Below, one piece after another: positions 8,574 to 19,252 of a DNA stretch of 32,000 nucleotides. Below the pieces are notes generated by a model that worked only from the letters and a program-made list of their open reading frames with translations, searched no databases and had not been told where the DNA came from. Position 1 is the first letter of the stretch. Every line of letters starts with the position of its first letter. Source of the DNA: Candidatus Heimdallarchaeota archaeon. Its GTDB lineage: Archaea > Asgardarchaeota > Heimdallarchaeia > Heimdallarchaeales > Heimdallarchaeaceae. The stretch lies in contig DAOVER010000025.1 of NCBI GenBank assembly GCA_030668875.1, forward strand, positions 10,895 to 42,894. Reading direction: 5' to 3'. The position numbers and the translations under genes are program-made.

Positions 8574-10013
8574 ATGACGGAAGCAGAAGAGCGATATGAT
8601 AGGAGATTGCTTTCTGTTGATGTAGTCAAAGGAATAGCTATTATGGGTGTTCTTTTCATCCACCCTACAATCTATGGAATTTGGCAAACAGAAGCTATAG
8701 CGTTAGAAACTGTTAGTTTTTGGGTTGTGATTGGCTTTATTCCTATTATTCTTATGGGTACATGGGGTGGAGGATTTCCTCTTATCAGTTCTTTAATTAA
8801 CACTTATACTGTTTTTAACAGACTTGAACGAGGAATTAAGTTCAGAAGAGCTGTTGTCCCTATTTTAATCAGCAGTACCATCCTTCTACTTCTAGATCCA
8901 CTCAAAGGTTTTCTTTTTGGGAGAACATGGACTAATACCTTCCCAACAGATACAACTATTTATGGAAAATACAATTTCTCAGTACTTACTCATTTGTTAG
9001 AGTATGGAACTTTCAGACTTCCTACAGCTGAAAAAATATTCCAAATAGGAGCCTTACCAGCAATTGGGTTAAGCGGTTTTATGGTTGTTTTTCTTTTGTG
9101 GATACTCTTCAGAAACGGAGGAAGAGAGAAGACAAAACGAAATGTAATTATTTTGATTAGTATTGGACTAGTTTGGGCAGGAATAAATAATTTTGTTTGT
9201 GAATGGACTTACGATTATATTGGTGCTCTATTTCTTAAAGGAGGAATATCCACATTCTTTGCATACATCTTACGCTTATTTTTTGGCGCTCAACTCTCAT
9301 TCTTTCCGATGGGTATCTATGCCATTTTTGGAATGGTTGGAGGTTATCTTGTTGTACAAAAACAGGATATTAAATGGATCAAACGCTATGGATATGGATT
9401 TGGTAGCCTTTTCTTAGGAGGCTTCGTTATTACAACTGCTATTACTCTAGCTAATGCATCAGGTATTGAAGCAGGACTTTTTGGTATTTTAGATTATGAG
9501 ATTTATCCAAGAGAGTTGTTTTTCCTAAGTATAGGTTGTATGATGTTCATTTTCGTTTTTCTTGTTAAGAAATTTGAGTACACTAGTAGTGACAATAAAA
9601 TTCGCTTAGCTAAAAAAACTGCATATATCAGAAGGTTTGGAGTAGCAACTTTAACAATCTACTTCTTTGAACCATTATTCAATGGTATTTTTCCGTTTAT
9701 TTTCCATCGATTATTTGGAGGACCAGTTCAAGAGTTTGGAACCCCTGATCTATTTATGACAAACATTGGAGCTATTTTCCTCTATGAGTTTGTCCTCTTC
9801 ACTTTTTGGGGTTTAGGTGTTTATTTGTGGTCTAAATCAGGATATAAATTTGGTTTAGAACATCTAATAATTGTTACAACGAGACCCTTGCGAAAAGTGA
9901 AAACGAAACGTCTTCAACTATATATTCCGAGCAAGGAAGAACTTGAAGCCTTACCAAAGAAAATAAAACGTAGGAATAGAAGAGACAAAGGAGAAGTTGA
10001 AAAAGAATCATAG
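8574..10013 (+). CDS. Multi-pass membrane protein, DUF1624/HGSNAT-like transmembrane acyltransferase superfamily
   Basis: RLLSVDVVKGIAIMGVLFIH resembles the R-x-x-S-x-D-x-x-RG-x-A motif; about 10 hydrophobic segments; C-terminal GVATLTIYFF. Confidence 0.55.
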   Translation: MTEAEERYDRRLLSVDVVKGIAIMGVLFIHPTIYGIWQTEAIALETVSFWVVIGFIPIILMGTWGGGFPLISSLINTYTVFNRLERGIKFRRAVVPILISSTILLLLDPLKGFLFGRTWTNTFPTDTTIYGKYNFSVLTHLLEYGTFRLPTAEKIFQIGALPAIGLSGFMVVFLLWILFRNGGREKTKRNVIILISIGLVWAGINNFVCEWTYDYIGALFLKGGISTFFAYILRLFFGAQLSFFPMGIYAIFGMVGGYLVVQKQDIKWIKRYGYGFGSLFLGGFVITTAITLANASGIEAGLFGILDYEIYPRELFFLSIGCMMFIFVFLVKKFEYTSSDNKIRLAKKTAYIRRFGVATLTIYFFEPLFNGIFPFIFHRLFGGPVQEFGTPDLFMTNIGAIFLYEFVLFTFWGLGVYLWSKSGYKFGLEHLIIVTTRPLRKVKTKRLQLYIPSKEELEALPKKIKRRNRRDKGEVEKES

Positions 10014-10060
10014 AAAGAGAATTTCATAAAATTCTTAAATTCAAACTATTCTTGTAAAAC

Positions 10061-10657
10061 ATGAACAAAGAGAATCTTGTCAAGGAAGGATATGATAAGA
10101 TTTCAGAGAATTTTCTCAGCTTTAGACATCAATTTGATAATTCTCAGGAGCTAGAAAAGTTTGTTGAATACCTCCCTGAGAACGGAAAAGTGCTTGATGT
10201 AGGGTGTGGAGTGGGGATTCCAATAGCAAGATTTTTTATCGAAAATGACTTTGATTTGACTGGAATAGATATTTCCGAAGGGATGTTAACTAAAGCAAGG
10301 GAAAATGTTCCCGAAGCGCAGTTTTTTCTATATAATATGTCTGAATTAGATTTTCTAGATAACTATTTTGATGGTTTAGTATCTATCTATGCATTGTTTC
10401 ATGTTCCAAAAAATAAGCATGGTGAGATTATTAAAAACTTTCATAGAATGCTAAAAAAAGATTGTCATATGATGCTAGTTTTCAATCCACGAGAAAATGA
10501 AGGAGTGGATGACTTCCTTGGAACAGATATGTATTGGAGTTGTCATAAACCTGAAATATCTAGAAAACTAGTATTAGACGCTGGATTTGAAATCATCTTT
10601 GATGAAATTCTTGATAGAGGAAATGAGTTTATGTATTGGGTAATAGCTAAGAAATAA
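10061..10657 (+). CDS. Class I SAM-dependent methyltransferase
   Basis: VLDVGCGVG, TGIDISEGML, FDGLVSIYALFH. Confidence 0.88.
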   Translation: MNKENLVKEGYDKISENFLSFRHQFDNSQELEKFVEYLPENGKVLDVGCGVGIPIARFFIENDFDLTGIDISEGMLTKARENVPEAQFFLYNMSELDFLDNYFDGLVSIYALFHVPKNKHGEIIKNFHRMLKKDCHMMLVFNPRENEGVDDFLGTDMYWSCHKPEISRKLVLDAGFEIIFDEILDRGNEFMYWVIAKK

Positions 10658-10716
10658 GCACAAATCATGTTCTATATTTTCGAAAAACTTATCACAGTTC
10701 CATAGTTCTTTTGCTT

Positions 10717-11538
10717 ATGTTTGCAAAGAAAGAGGATGAAGTTGTTAAGAAAACGAAAACACCAATCACGCAAAACAGCCTAATTGAAGATTTTAAAAAA
10801 TTGGGTTTGAAAGCAGGTGATGTTGTTATTGTTCATGCCTCTATGAGTAAAATAGGTTGGATTGCTGGAACTTCAGTTGCTGTAGTCAATGCGCTTTTGG
10901 AAGTTCTAACACCTGAAGGAACGCTTGTGATGCCAACAATGACTTCAGATAACACAGACCCAGAAAACTGGAAAAACCCACCTGTTCCCGATGAATGGAA
11001 ACAAATAATTCGGGATAATATGCCAGCCTATCATCCAGATTATTCTACTTCAAGAGGTATGGGTAGAATATCAGAAACATTTCGTAATTACCCAGATGTG
11101 TTACGATCAAATCATCCTCAAAGTTCATTTGCAGCTTGGGGAAAGTATAAGGAAAAGATATGTGGCCGACATGACCTAACACCATGTTTTGGTGAAAATA
11201 CTCCTCTTGAGGAGTTATATAATCTTAAGGCAAAGATTCTTCTACTGGGTATTGAACATTTAAACAACACATCACTCCATTATGCTGAATGCAAAGCCAA
11301 CATAGATGACAAACCCATCCAAAAGCAAGGTGCAGCATTGTTTGACAATGGTAAGAGAGTATGGGTTAGTTTTGAAGATCTTGATTATAATGATGAAGAT
11401 TTTCTCCAAGTAGGTGTAGAGTTTGAAAAAGAAAATCCTATCTTAAAGGGAAAGATTGGTCAAGCAGACTCGAAGTTACTTCCAATCAAAGAACTCATAG
11501 ATTTTGCAATTCCTTGGTTTGAGAAGAATAGGAAATAG
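10717..11538 (+). CDS. AAC(3)/YokD-family N-acetyltransferase
   Basis: GDVVIVHASMSKIGW, GTLVMPT, MGRISETFR, RSNHPQSSFAAWG, NTSLHYAE. Confidence 0.88.
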   Translation: MFAKKEDEVVKKTKTPITQNSLIEDFKKLGLKAGDVVIVHASMSKIGWIAGTSVAVVNALLEVLTPEGTLVMPTMTSDNTDPENWKNPPVPDEWKQIIRDNMPAYHPDYSTSRGMGRISETFRNYPDVLRSNHPQSSFAAWGKYKEKICGRHDLTPCFGENTPLEELYNLKAKILLLGIEHLNNTSLHYAECKANIDDKPIQKQGAALFDNGKRVWVSFEDLDYNDEDFLQVGVEFEKENPILKGKIGQADSKLLPIKELIDFAIPWFEKNRK

Positions 11539-11566
11539 ATTTTTAAATTCTATATTTTACTACTTT

Positions 11567-12751
11567 TTGGTTAGCAAGTTGAAGGAAAAAGTATCTTCAT
11601 TTATAGATGAGAATAGGGAGTTATTATTAGCAGTAAGTAAAGAAATCTTTGACAACCCAGAACTAGGATTTGAGGAGTTCAAAGCATCTAAACTTTTATC
11701 AGAAAAAATTCAGGAAGCAGGCTTTGAGACAAAACTTGGTGTTGCGAATCTTGAAACAGCAATTCACGCCATACATCCAGATATTAGTGATGGTCCAGTT
11801 GTAGCAATTCTTGCCGAATATGATGCCCTACCAGGGCTAGGACATGGGTGTGGTCATAACTTAATAGCTACAGCTGGATTGGGTGCAAGTTTAGCTTTAG
11901 GTTCAATCAAAAAGGATTTGCCAGGTAAATTGGTTTTTATGGGCACTCCAGCGGAGGAATCAGGAGGGGGAAAAATATTCATGATAAATGCTGGATTGTT
12001 TGACGAAGTTGATGCAGCAATAATGTTTCATCCCTCAGCAACTAAGAATTATGTTGGAAGAGGAGGATTAGCTGTTCAAGCAATCAAGATAGAATTTTTT
12101 GGTAAAACTGCTCATGCTTCCTCTGAACCTGAAAAAGGGATTAACGCCTTGGATGCAATTATTCAGACTTTCAATGGTATTAGTGCCTTAAGACAGCACA
12201 TAACCAGCGATGCTAGAATTCATGGAGTTATTATAAATGGAGGAGTTAAACCAAACATTGTTCCTGATTATGCTTCAGCTGAATTTTATGTAAGAGCACA
12301 AGATGATAATTACCTTGAAGAACTTTTAAACAAGGTTGAAAACTGCGCCAAAGGAGCAGCTTTGAGTTCTGGAGCAAGATTAGAATTTAGTGAAGTAGGC
12401 AATGCCTATATGTCTAGAAATGTAAACAAGATTCTAGGGGAAGCCTTCTCAAAGAATATGAATGCAATTGGAGAGGAAACTCATACAGTACCTCATGGAA
12501 AAGGTTTAGGATCAAGTGATATAGGAAATGTTAGTCATGTAGTTCCTACAATTCACCCGTACATAGGAATAAGTAAGATTGAAATCAATGGTCATTCTAC
12601 AGATTTTGCAAAAGCAGCAAATAGTGAATACGGAAACGAACAGATGCTCAAAATAACTAAAGCATTAGCAATGACAGCCATTGATGTGTTTACCACTCCT
12701 AAACTTGTTGAAGAGATGAAAAAGGAATTTGCAATAACAAAAAAAGGATAG
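11567..12751 (+). CDS. M20 family amidohydrolase (PM20D2/ACY1L2-like)
   Basis: PELGFEEFKAS, AEYDALPGLGHGCGHNLI, GTPAEE, NALDA, GSSDIGNVS...PTIHP. Start uncertain (TTG at 11567 or 11579). Confidence 0.9.
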   Translation: MVSKLKEKVSSFIDENRELLLAVSKEIFDNPELGFEEFKASKLLSEKIQEAGFETKLGVANLETAIHAIHPDISDGPVVAILAEYDALPGLGHGCGHNLIATAGLGASLALGSIKKDLPGKLVFMGTPAEESGGGKIFMINAGLFDEVDAAIMFHPSATKNYVGRGGLAVQAIKIEFFGKTAHASSEPEKGINALDAIIQTFNGISALRQHITSDARIHGVIINGGVKPNIVPDYASAEFYVRAQDDNYLEELLNKVENCAKGAALSSGARLEFSEVGNAYMSRNVNKILGEAFSKNMNAIGEETHTVPHGKGLGSSDIGNVSHVVPTIHPYIGISKIEINGHSTDFAKAANSEYGNEQMLKITKALAMTAIDVFTTPKLVEEMKKEFAITKKG

Positions 12752-12876
12752 TTTTTTCTCCAGAATAACAACCTCTTCTCATTTCAATAAGTACTTCAGC
12801 CTCTGGATACTCTAGAAGCTCATCAAAATAAGTTGAGTTTCTCCTTCTATCTAGAAGACTCCTGTATTAACCTAAG
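12749..12876 (-). pseudogene. Decayed 3' fragment of a GNAT gene, homologous to 19253-19771
   Basis: Minus strand reads LRL[1-nt deletion]TGVF ... EYPEAEV ... LEKKL versus LRLDAGPF ... EYPESES ... MEKKL in the intact GNAT. The 12-mer tctggatactct is identical at 12802-12813 and 19311-19322. Confidence 0.75.
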
Positions 12877-12895
12877 AATTAGCCAAATTAATAAC

Positions 12896-15241
12896 TTACT
12901 CTTCTTCAATTGCTTGTGCAAGGTTTTTACCTCCTAAAAATTGAAACTCAGGTATTAAGGAAATTACAACTGTCATAATTGAAAAGGAAATTGTAATTAA
13001 ATAGTCCCAACCAGTGGTACTTGATTCTATTTTGAAAAATATATCAGAAATGAGCGATAACCAGTAACAATTCAAAAATAGTCCTGATATAAATCCTAGA
13101 CATAGAGCAACAAGTGTTAGCATTGCTATTTCCAACCCTAATTGTAGAAGAATCTGAGATTTTGAAAAACCAAAAACCCGTTCTAAAGAAACTTCCCGCG
13201 TTCTTTCAATTGTAATTATAAATGTTGTAGAGAAAATTGCTAAAAATGCAATAATGAAGCCCAAAATCATCATAATTTTAACAATTATTGTTTGAATGTC
13301 AATAATGCTTTCAATTCTATCTTGAAAAATACTTTTCGATAAAGCTAGTCGAATATCCTTATGGGTATTCATTTCGTCCATCAAATCCCCTGATTTGTTA
13401 TTTTGTGAAGACGCTATTATACCATTTACTGGCAAATATCCTAATCTTTCTTCTAAATATGGAAGCTGAATAAACATCGCTATAGGAGATCCGACAGCTC
13501 TACACAATCCCACAATAGAAATATTAACTTGCTCTGTATGAAACCAAAAACTGAAGTTATCACCTGATTTTACATCTAGTTTCTTTGCAATATGAGTTGA
13601 CATTATTACCTCTGCAGCTTTTTCTCCAGAAAAGTCTTGACCTTCTTGAATATCTATTTCTATCAATTGTGAATCACTGACAATCCCTCTTAACTGTACT
13701 ATTAATTCACTACGTATATCAGGTTGAACTATAGCTTCTAAATATGGCTCTGAATGTTCTATCGAATTGAACTGGCTAATTTCATCGTAAATAGCATGAG
13801 TATAATCAAACGTGTTGAAAAGACCTTTCACATCCCACTTCACTTTTGTGTCAAAATACACATTTTGGGTTGTGGATAAGCTTGTTTGAGCAGAGAGAAG
13901 TGAAAAAGACAACATAATAGAACCCATAAAAGCTATAAGGGTTAGCGTAGTTCTAAGTTTATTGCGAGATAAGTTGCGAAAGGCATACTTCAATTGCAAA
14001 GGAAATCTAATTGGTAATGGTTTTTTCTTTGTTTTTGGTTTAAACTCTTTTACTTTACCACGAAGTGCTTCATAGGGTGTCATAGAAACATTTTCCTTGG
14101 CAGCTAAATAAGTAAAAATTAATGAAATAAATAGGGTTATACCTACAACTTCAACTAAAACCCCTATTGAAAAGAAAGATGTTAAATCTAAAATTCCCCA
14201 AAGTGTCGCAAGCATTCCCGACAAAAATTTTAATAAAAACCATGAAGCTACAATCCCAACCCCTATTGCAAATAGAGCAATGACTAATGTTCTTAAGAGA
14301 AACGCTTTCATTATAGTTGAAGAAGAAAATCCAAATGAATAGAGCATGCCCGTCTGTTTTCTCTGTTCGAAAGCATATCTTTTCGTGATTATGAAGACTA
14401 CAAAACCTGCAATAATCATTATTATTATCGCAGATGAATTTAGATATTTGGATGTTAGGTTTAATATATCAGTTAATGAAGCACTTATGCTAATCTCACG
14501 TACTTGCCATATTATAATCAGTGGTAGATGAGCTTCAATGAAAACATCATGTAAATAATCTGAACAGTCATTTATTTCATCTTTTGAAACTTCATCAGAA
14601 AAATATACTAGTACATTATTAAAAAAGGGAAAGGGTATGTTAGCTATACTGCGAAGATCTTTTTCTGAAATATAAATTGCCCCTTCTTGAGTAAAGTCAT
14701 AACTCATAAATTCAATTGATCGAATTATACCAACAATGGTAAATTGTTGAACACCAGTTTCTCCATAAAGAGAGATGGAGTCATCTAAAGATAAATTGAG
14801 ATGATTGGCAAAGGATTCTAAGATGACAGTTTGATTATCAGAAATATCTAGAGTTCCTTCAACTAGTTTTATTTCATTAACATCCATAGTTTTAGAGTCA
14901 TTAACCCCTACGATGTTTACTGGATACCATTCAGTCTCATGAAAAATTTTGTATCCTGAACTAACTCTTGTTGAAATTCTCTCTGGAGCCCATCCAAGGC
15001 AATCAATAATTGAATTATTTATCAATGGAACTATTTCAGTAGTTACATTAGTAAAACGAATGTCTAAATGGGCAAGATGATAATCTTGTGAATTAACATC
15101 TATTGAATAGGTAATTGAAGGTGCTGTAGAAAACATTGCAATTGGAAATGCAACAATTACTAGAATTGTTAGGAATGTGATAAAACTTCTTGATTTATTA
15201 AAATATATTTCGCGTATGACTGCGCGATAAATTTTAGCCAT
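12896..15241 (-). CDS. FtsX/MacB-type ABC transporter permease (two repeats)
   Basis: Two modules of TM helix, large extracytoplasmic domain and three TM helices, with EQRKQTGMLYSFGFS and ERTREVSLERVFGFS motifs. Confidence 0.85.
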   Translation of the reverse strand: MAKIYRAVIREIYFNKSRSFITFLTILVIVAFPIAMFSTAPSITYSIDVNSQDYHLAHLDIRFTNVTTEIVPLINNSIIDCLGWAPERISTRVSSGYKIFHETEWYPVNIVGVNDSKTMDVNEIKLVEGTLDISDNQTVILESFANHLNLSLDDSISLYGETGVQQFTIVGIIRSIEFMSYDFTQEGAIYISEKDLRSIANIPFPFFNNVLVYFSDEVSKDEINDCSDYLHDVFIEAHLPLIIIWQVREISISASLTDILNLTSKYLNSSAIIIMIIAGFVVFIITKRYAFEQRKQTGMLYSFGFSSSTIMKAFLLRTLVIALFAIGVGIVASWFLLKFLSGMLATLWGILDLTSFFSIGVLVEVVGITLFISLIFTYLAAKENVSMTPYEALRGKVKEFKPKTKKKPLPIRFPLQLKYAFRNLSRNKLRTTLTLIAFMGSIMLSFSLLSAQTSLSTTQNVYFDTKVKWDVKGLFNTFDYTHAIYDEISQFNSIEHSEPYLEAIVQPDIRSELIVQLRGIVSDSQLIEIDIQEGQDFSGEKAAEVIMSTHIAKKLDVKSGDNFSFWFHTEQVNISIVGLCRAVGSPIAMFIQLPYLEERLGYLPVNGIIASSQNNKSGDLMDEMNTHKDIRLALSKSIFQDRIESIIDIQTIIVKIMMILGFIIAFLAIFSTTFIITIERTREVSLERVFGFSKSQILLQLGLEIAMLTLVALCLGFISGLFLNCYWLSLISDIFFKIESSTTGWDYLITISFSIMTVVISLIPEFQFLGGKNLAQAIEEE

Positions 15242-15244
15242 TTT

Positions 15245-15973
15245 TTAAGCTCCATCCAAAGAATTTTCAATCAAAATATCAGAAATAATTGTTCCAGAAC
15301 GCAATTCGATTATCCTATCAGCATATTTCTTCAGTTCTGGATCGTGTGTGACAAGAATTACTGTTTTTTGATAACGCTTTGCAATATCTCTTATTAATGA
15401 TACAACACTTTCACCAGTTTCTTGATCCAACTGACCTGTTGGCTCATCTATCAACAAAATTTCTGGGTTTTTTGCTAATGCTCGAGCAATTGCAACTCTT
15501 TGTCTTTCTCCACCTGAAAGCTGTGAAGGAAAATTGTTTGCCCTATCTTCTAAATTAACCATTTTTAGGTAACTTATGGCTTCTTTACGAATTTTTCTAC
15601 GATCCACTCTCATTAATTCCATCGTTAATTCTACATTTTCAACAGCTGTCAATGTTGGTATTAGAGAATAAAATTGAAACACAAATGAAAGTCGAGCCTT
15701 TCGATACTTAGTTAATTTTTTATCGGAATATTCAGAAATATTTTCACCGCAAACATCTATTTCTCCCTTTGTTGGAGAATCAATTCCACCTATTAGGTTT
15801 AGCAAAGTGGTCTTTCCAGAACCACTAGAACCCATTACAAACAACAGTTGACCAGCCGGGATAGTGAAAGATACATTTCTTAAGGCATAAACAGGATTGG
15901 TCTTTAAATTATAGGTTTTTTCTAAGTTAGAGATTAAAATAACAGGTTGAATAGCTAGATGAGTGTTCAACAT
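15245..15973 (-). CDS. ABC transporter ATP-binding protein, LolD/MacB-like
   Basis: GSSGSGKTT, LSGGERQRVAIARAL, LIDEPTGQLD, VTHD. Confidence 0.93.
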   Translation of the reverse strand: MLNTHLAIQPVILISNLEKTYNLKTNPVYALRNVSFTIPAGQLLFVMGSSGSGKTTLLNLIGGIDSPTKGEIDVCGENISEYSDKKLTKYRKARLSFVFQFYSLIPTLTAVENVELTMELMRVDRRKIRKEAISYLKMVNLEDRANNFPSQLSGGERQRVAIARALAKNPEILLIDEPTGQLDQETGESVVSLIRDIAKRYQKTVILVTHDPELKKYADRIIELRSGTIISDILIENSLDGA

Positions 15974-16016
15974 TAATATTTCATTAAGACACTACCAATA
16001 TAAAGGTTTAGTATTC

Positions 16017-16063
16017 AAATAATTTGTTTTTCAAATTATTTTAATTTCACATTATCGGATAAT
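16017..16063. promoter_or_regulatory. Two palindromes in the divergent ABC/marR intergenic region (putative MarR operators)
   Basis: AAATAATTTG-ttttt-CAAATTATTT (16017-16041, perfect 10-bp arms) and ATTATC-g-GATAAT (16051-16063). Confidence 0.55.
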
Positions 16064-16099
16064 CAAAAGAAATAAATAGAGGTAAGAGACAGTATATAC

Positions 16100-16561
16100 A
16101 TGGGTAGAGACTACAATCAAGTTATAGATTTATTTTTCAACTTCCTGTTTAAGATGAAAGTAGAGATATTAAATAAGAGACCCATGGTTCTAGAATTCCT
16201 TAGATTAAATAAACTTGACATTAAAAGAGATCCATTTGGCAAGTATTTGCGAATGATTGATTTTATTGGAGAAAAAAACCAAGTTAATATGAAAGAGTTT
16301 ACAAATCGTTTCAGTTTGGATGCAGGAACAGCTACAGGGATTATTGATAAACTAGTAAAGAAGAAAATTATTGTAAGAGTAACAGATGAATCCGATCGGC
16401 GGAAGGTAGGATTGGAATTAACCAAGTATGGAACAAAAATTTACAATAAACAAAAAGAGATACAGAAGGGAGAAATAAAGAGGATTTTAGATATATTAAC
16501 AGATGAAGATATTGAACATGTGATTAGAATTTTGAAAAAAATAGATGCGATATCAAACTAG
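16100..16561 (+). CDS. MarR-family transcriptional regulator
   Basis: wHTH with TATGIIDKLVKKKIIVRVTDESDRRKVGLELTKYG (DRR wing motif). Confidence 0.9.
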   Translation: MGRDYNQVIDLFFNFLFKMKVEILNKRPMVLEFLRLNKLDIKRDPFGKYLRMIDFIGEKNQVNMKEFTNRFSLDAGTATGIIDKLVKKKIIVRVTDESDRRKVGLELTKYGTKIYNKQKEIQKGEIKRILDILTDEDIEHVIRILKKIDAISN

Positions 16562-16598
16562 TAAAGGATAAAGGAAAAATGAGAGAGGTTAACTCTCT

Positions 16599-17882
16599 TC
16601 ATTCAGGTTTAAAGTGTTTTCGCGAATATAAGAAAAGTCCTAGTGCTAAGAATAATGCCGATAGGACTATTAGTAGGATGAGATCGAATAGATGATTAGA
16701 TAGGGTATTACCGTGAAGGAGAAGTCCTCTAAAAATCCTTATAGCTGGTGCAGCACCAAGTAGATCAAACAAACCTACTGAATTTCCAAGTATATTTGGG
16801 ATAACTGTTGGATTAGGTATGACAAAGAACGCACCAGAGATTAATGCTATGGGTGTTGCAGTAATTGCTGCTAAACCTCTACCTGCTGAAGCATTCCTTA
16901 CTACACCTGCAAAAATGAAACCCATTCCGCTAGTAGCTAGAGACAAGAAAATAGCAGGTAAGAAGGCATAAAGAATTTGTATGGAAAATGGGAAACCAAA
17001 CAACAATGCTGTAGCAAATGTTATAGGAATCTGTATAAACGCAATGACCATTTGACTAGCCAAAATAGAAAATACATACATTGGGGGTGTAACTTTACTG
17101 AGTCTAAGTCGTTTAAGAGTTCCTCTTTCTATATCACTAAGAGCAATATCAGTTGTAGAACCTAGATTGTTTAGTATTGCATAAACAATTAATCCTGGTA
17201 GAACAAAATCAAAGACAGTAAAACCAGAGGTTAATAGACTTCCATATACATCAATAATTACACCTTCAACAGGAGATTCCCCAAAATTAAAGAAATATTG
17301 AGTTATCTTATCGATAATGGTCCCAGTTACGGTGAAATCTTGCAGAGTACTATCGCCTTCAACTAGTAAGACTGTTTTGAAATCTGAACTGGGATAACCT
17401 GACCAGTTTCCTGTCGCAGCAGTAAGTATAGGATCATCTCCAAATTTACTCCTAAAAGCTGCAAGGACACCTGTACTAAAGTTTTCAGGTAGCGTTACCA
17501 GAGCCATGATGTTTCTGCTTTCAAGCAGTTCTTGAGCATCTTCATGTTCTGATTGGTTGAAGACATGAACATCAAATATTGTAACATTACTTTCTGGAAA
17601 CAAAACTGTATCAAGGACTCTGATATACTCCTCGGAATAGAAGGTTTGATTCACAATTGAAGTATTCCAAAAAGCTATAACACTTTCATCAATTCCGGTG
17701 TCATAACTTATGATGCCTATAGTTTTTGATGAAGTAATAGGATCACTCCATTGAAATGCAAAACCGAAAACTCCTACAAAGCATAATGGAAAAATAATCG
17801 TAAAGAAAAATGCTGTCTTGTTTCGTGTTATAGAAAGTATATTTGTTTTCAGTAGGGAGTAAAATAGTTTAATTTTTGACAT
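16599..17882 (-). CDS. ABC-2 type transporter permease
   Basis: N-terminal TM helix, extracytoplasmic domain, DFVLPGLI, ERGTLKRLRLS and several C-terminal TM helices. Confidence 0.88.
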   Translation of the reverse strand: MSKIKLFYSLLKTNILSITRNKTAFFFTIIFPLCFVGVFGFAFQWSDPITSSKTIGIISYDTGIDESVIAFWNTSIVNQTFYSEEYIRVLDTVLFPESNVTIFDVHVFNQSEHEDAQELLESRNIMALVTLPENFSTGVLAAFRSKFGDDPILTAATGNWSGYPSSDFKTVLLVEGDSTLQDFTVTGTIIDKITQYFFNFGESPVEGVIIDVYGSLLTSGFTVFDFVLPGLIVYAILNNLGSTTDIALSDIERGTLKRLRLSKVTPPMYVFSILASQMVIAFIQIPITFATALLFGFPFSIQILYAFLPAIFLSLATSGMGFIFAGVVRNASAGRGLAAITATPIALISGAFFVIPNPTVIPNILGNSVGLFDLLGAAPAIRIFRGLLLHGNTLSNHLFDLILLIVLSALFLALGLFLYSRKHFKPE

Positions 17883-17898
17883 CTAATCACCTTTCTTC

Positions 17899-18900
17899 CT
17901 ATTCTCTTAGGGCTTTCCCTGTAAGACCAATGAACACATCTTCTAATGTACTTCCACGAAGTTGTAAGCTTTTAATATAATCAGTAACATCCAATTTCAC
18001 AGCAATCTCAATTATATCAGGTATAAGAGATGCACCATTCTTTGTGAAAATCTTAATTTTATTTTCATGGAATGTAATCTTCGAAAACTCTTTTCGTAGA
18101 TCTACAATAAATGAATCATTGAGTTTGGCATCTAAACTTTCGTCCATAATAAGTTCTATTAATTCTTCAGCACCATATGTGGTTTTCAATTCATCAGGAG
18201 TTCCTTGAGCTATGATTTTTCCATAATCTATAATCAAAATGCGGTCACAGAGTCGGTCAGCAACTTCCATCAAATGGGTTGTTAGTATTATAGAAATTCC
18301 TTCCTTTTTAGACAATCTTTCAATATTTTCCCAAAGAATATGACGGCTTTGTGGATCCATGCCTGCACTTGGTTCATCTAGAAACAATATTTTTGGAGAA
18401 TGTAACATCCCCAAAACTAAATTTAGTCTTCTTTTCTGACCACCACTTAATTTTTCTGCTCTTCTTCTCTTAAGTTCCGTCAGTTGAAAAAGGTCAAAGA
18501 GTTCATTTATTCTAGCTTTCTTATTTTGTATCTGATAACAATCAGCAAAAAGCTCAGCATTCTCCTGAACAGTTAAAAAGTCATAAAAAACCAATTCTTG
18601 AGGTGTGTAACCAATTAATTCACGGATTGTTTTGTAATCATTAATATCCTTGCCGTAAATTGAAAAATCCCCTTTAGTTTTTTGAATTATTCCAAGTAAA
18701 ATGGAAATGGTAGTAGTCTTTCCAGCTCCATTAGGACCCAGAAAACCTAGAACTTCTCCATCAAATAACTCAAAATTCACACCACGAACTGCATGTACTT
18801 TTCCATCATAGATTTTCTCTAAGTTTTTAGTTTCCACTACTATCTCTTTGAGTGATTTATTTACTGCCTGATTCTTTGCTTCAACAGCTTCTTCAACCAT
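17899..18900 (-). CDS. ABC transporter ATP-binding protein (DrrA-like)
   Basis: GPNGAGKTT, LSGGQKRRL, FLDEPSAGMD, LTTH. True start is likely ATG 18900, with TATATA 24 nt upstream. Confidence 0.93.
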   Translation of the reverse strand: MVEEAVEAKNQAVNKSLKEIVVETKNLEKIYDGKVHAVRGVNFELFDGEVLGFLGPNGAGKTTTISILLGIIQKTKGDFSIYGKDINDYKTIRELIGYTPQELVFYDFLTVQENAELFADCYQIQNKKARINELFDLFQLTELKRRRAEKLSGGQKRRLNLVLGMLHSPKILFLDEPSAGMDPQSRHILWENIERLSKKEGISIILTTHLMEVADRLCDRILIIDYGKIIAQGTPDELKTTYGAEELIELIMDESLDAKLNDSFIVDLRKEFSKITFHENKIKIFTKNGASLIPDIIEIAVKLDVTDYIKSLQLRGSTLEDVFIGLTGKALRE

Positions 18901-18956
18901 AGTTTTCAATTCTTTATACGCTCTTATATACCTAGCTCTTTGATTTCCAATACACG

Positions 18957-19246
18957 AATGCAATAAGAGATGATACTCATGTTGTAGAACATGAAAGGGA
19001 TTTAGGTTCTAAAATATGGGAATCGTGAATCATTTTGTTCCAACAATTCATCTTTGTATGGGGTTAAGCAAAGTTGAAATCAATGGATACTCGACAGATT
19101 TTGCTGAAGTAATAAGCAGTGAATGTGGAAACAAACAGATGTTGAAGGTAACAAAAGCTTTGGCTATGACCGCAATGGATATTTTTGCTGAACCTGAACT
19201 AGTTTAAGAGATGAAAGAAGAATTTGAACAGATAAAGAAGGGATAG
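18957..19246 (+). pseudogene. 3' remnant of an M20 amidohydrolase, diverged copy of 12461-12751
   Basis: NAIRDDTHVVEHERDLGS, frameshift, then VPTIHLCMGLSKVEINGYSTDFA...QMLKVTKALAMTAMDIFAEPELV*EMKEEFEQIKKG*. Aligns with the C-terminus of the intact M20; has an in-frame TAA at 19205-19207. Confidence 0.9.
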
Positions 19247-19252
19247 TCTTCT

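Noticed and set aside
10717-11538. AAC(3)-like gene as a true aminoglycoside-resistance determinant
   Set aside because: The family includes many proteins of unknown substrate, and the substrate cannot be inferred from motifs.
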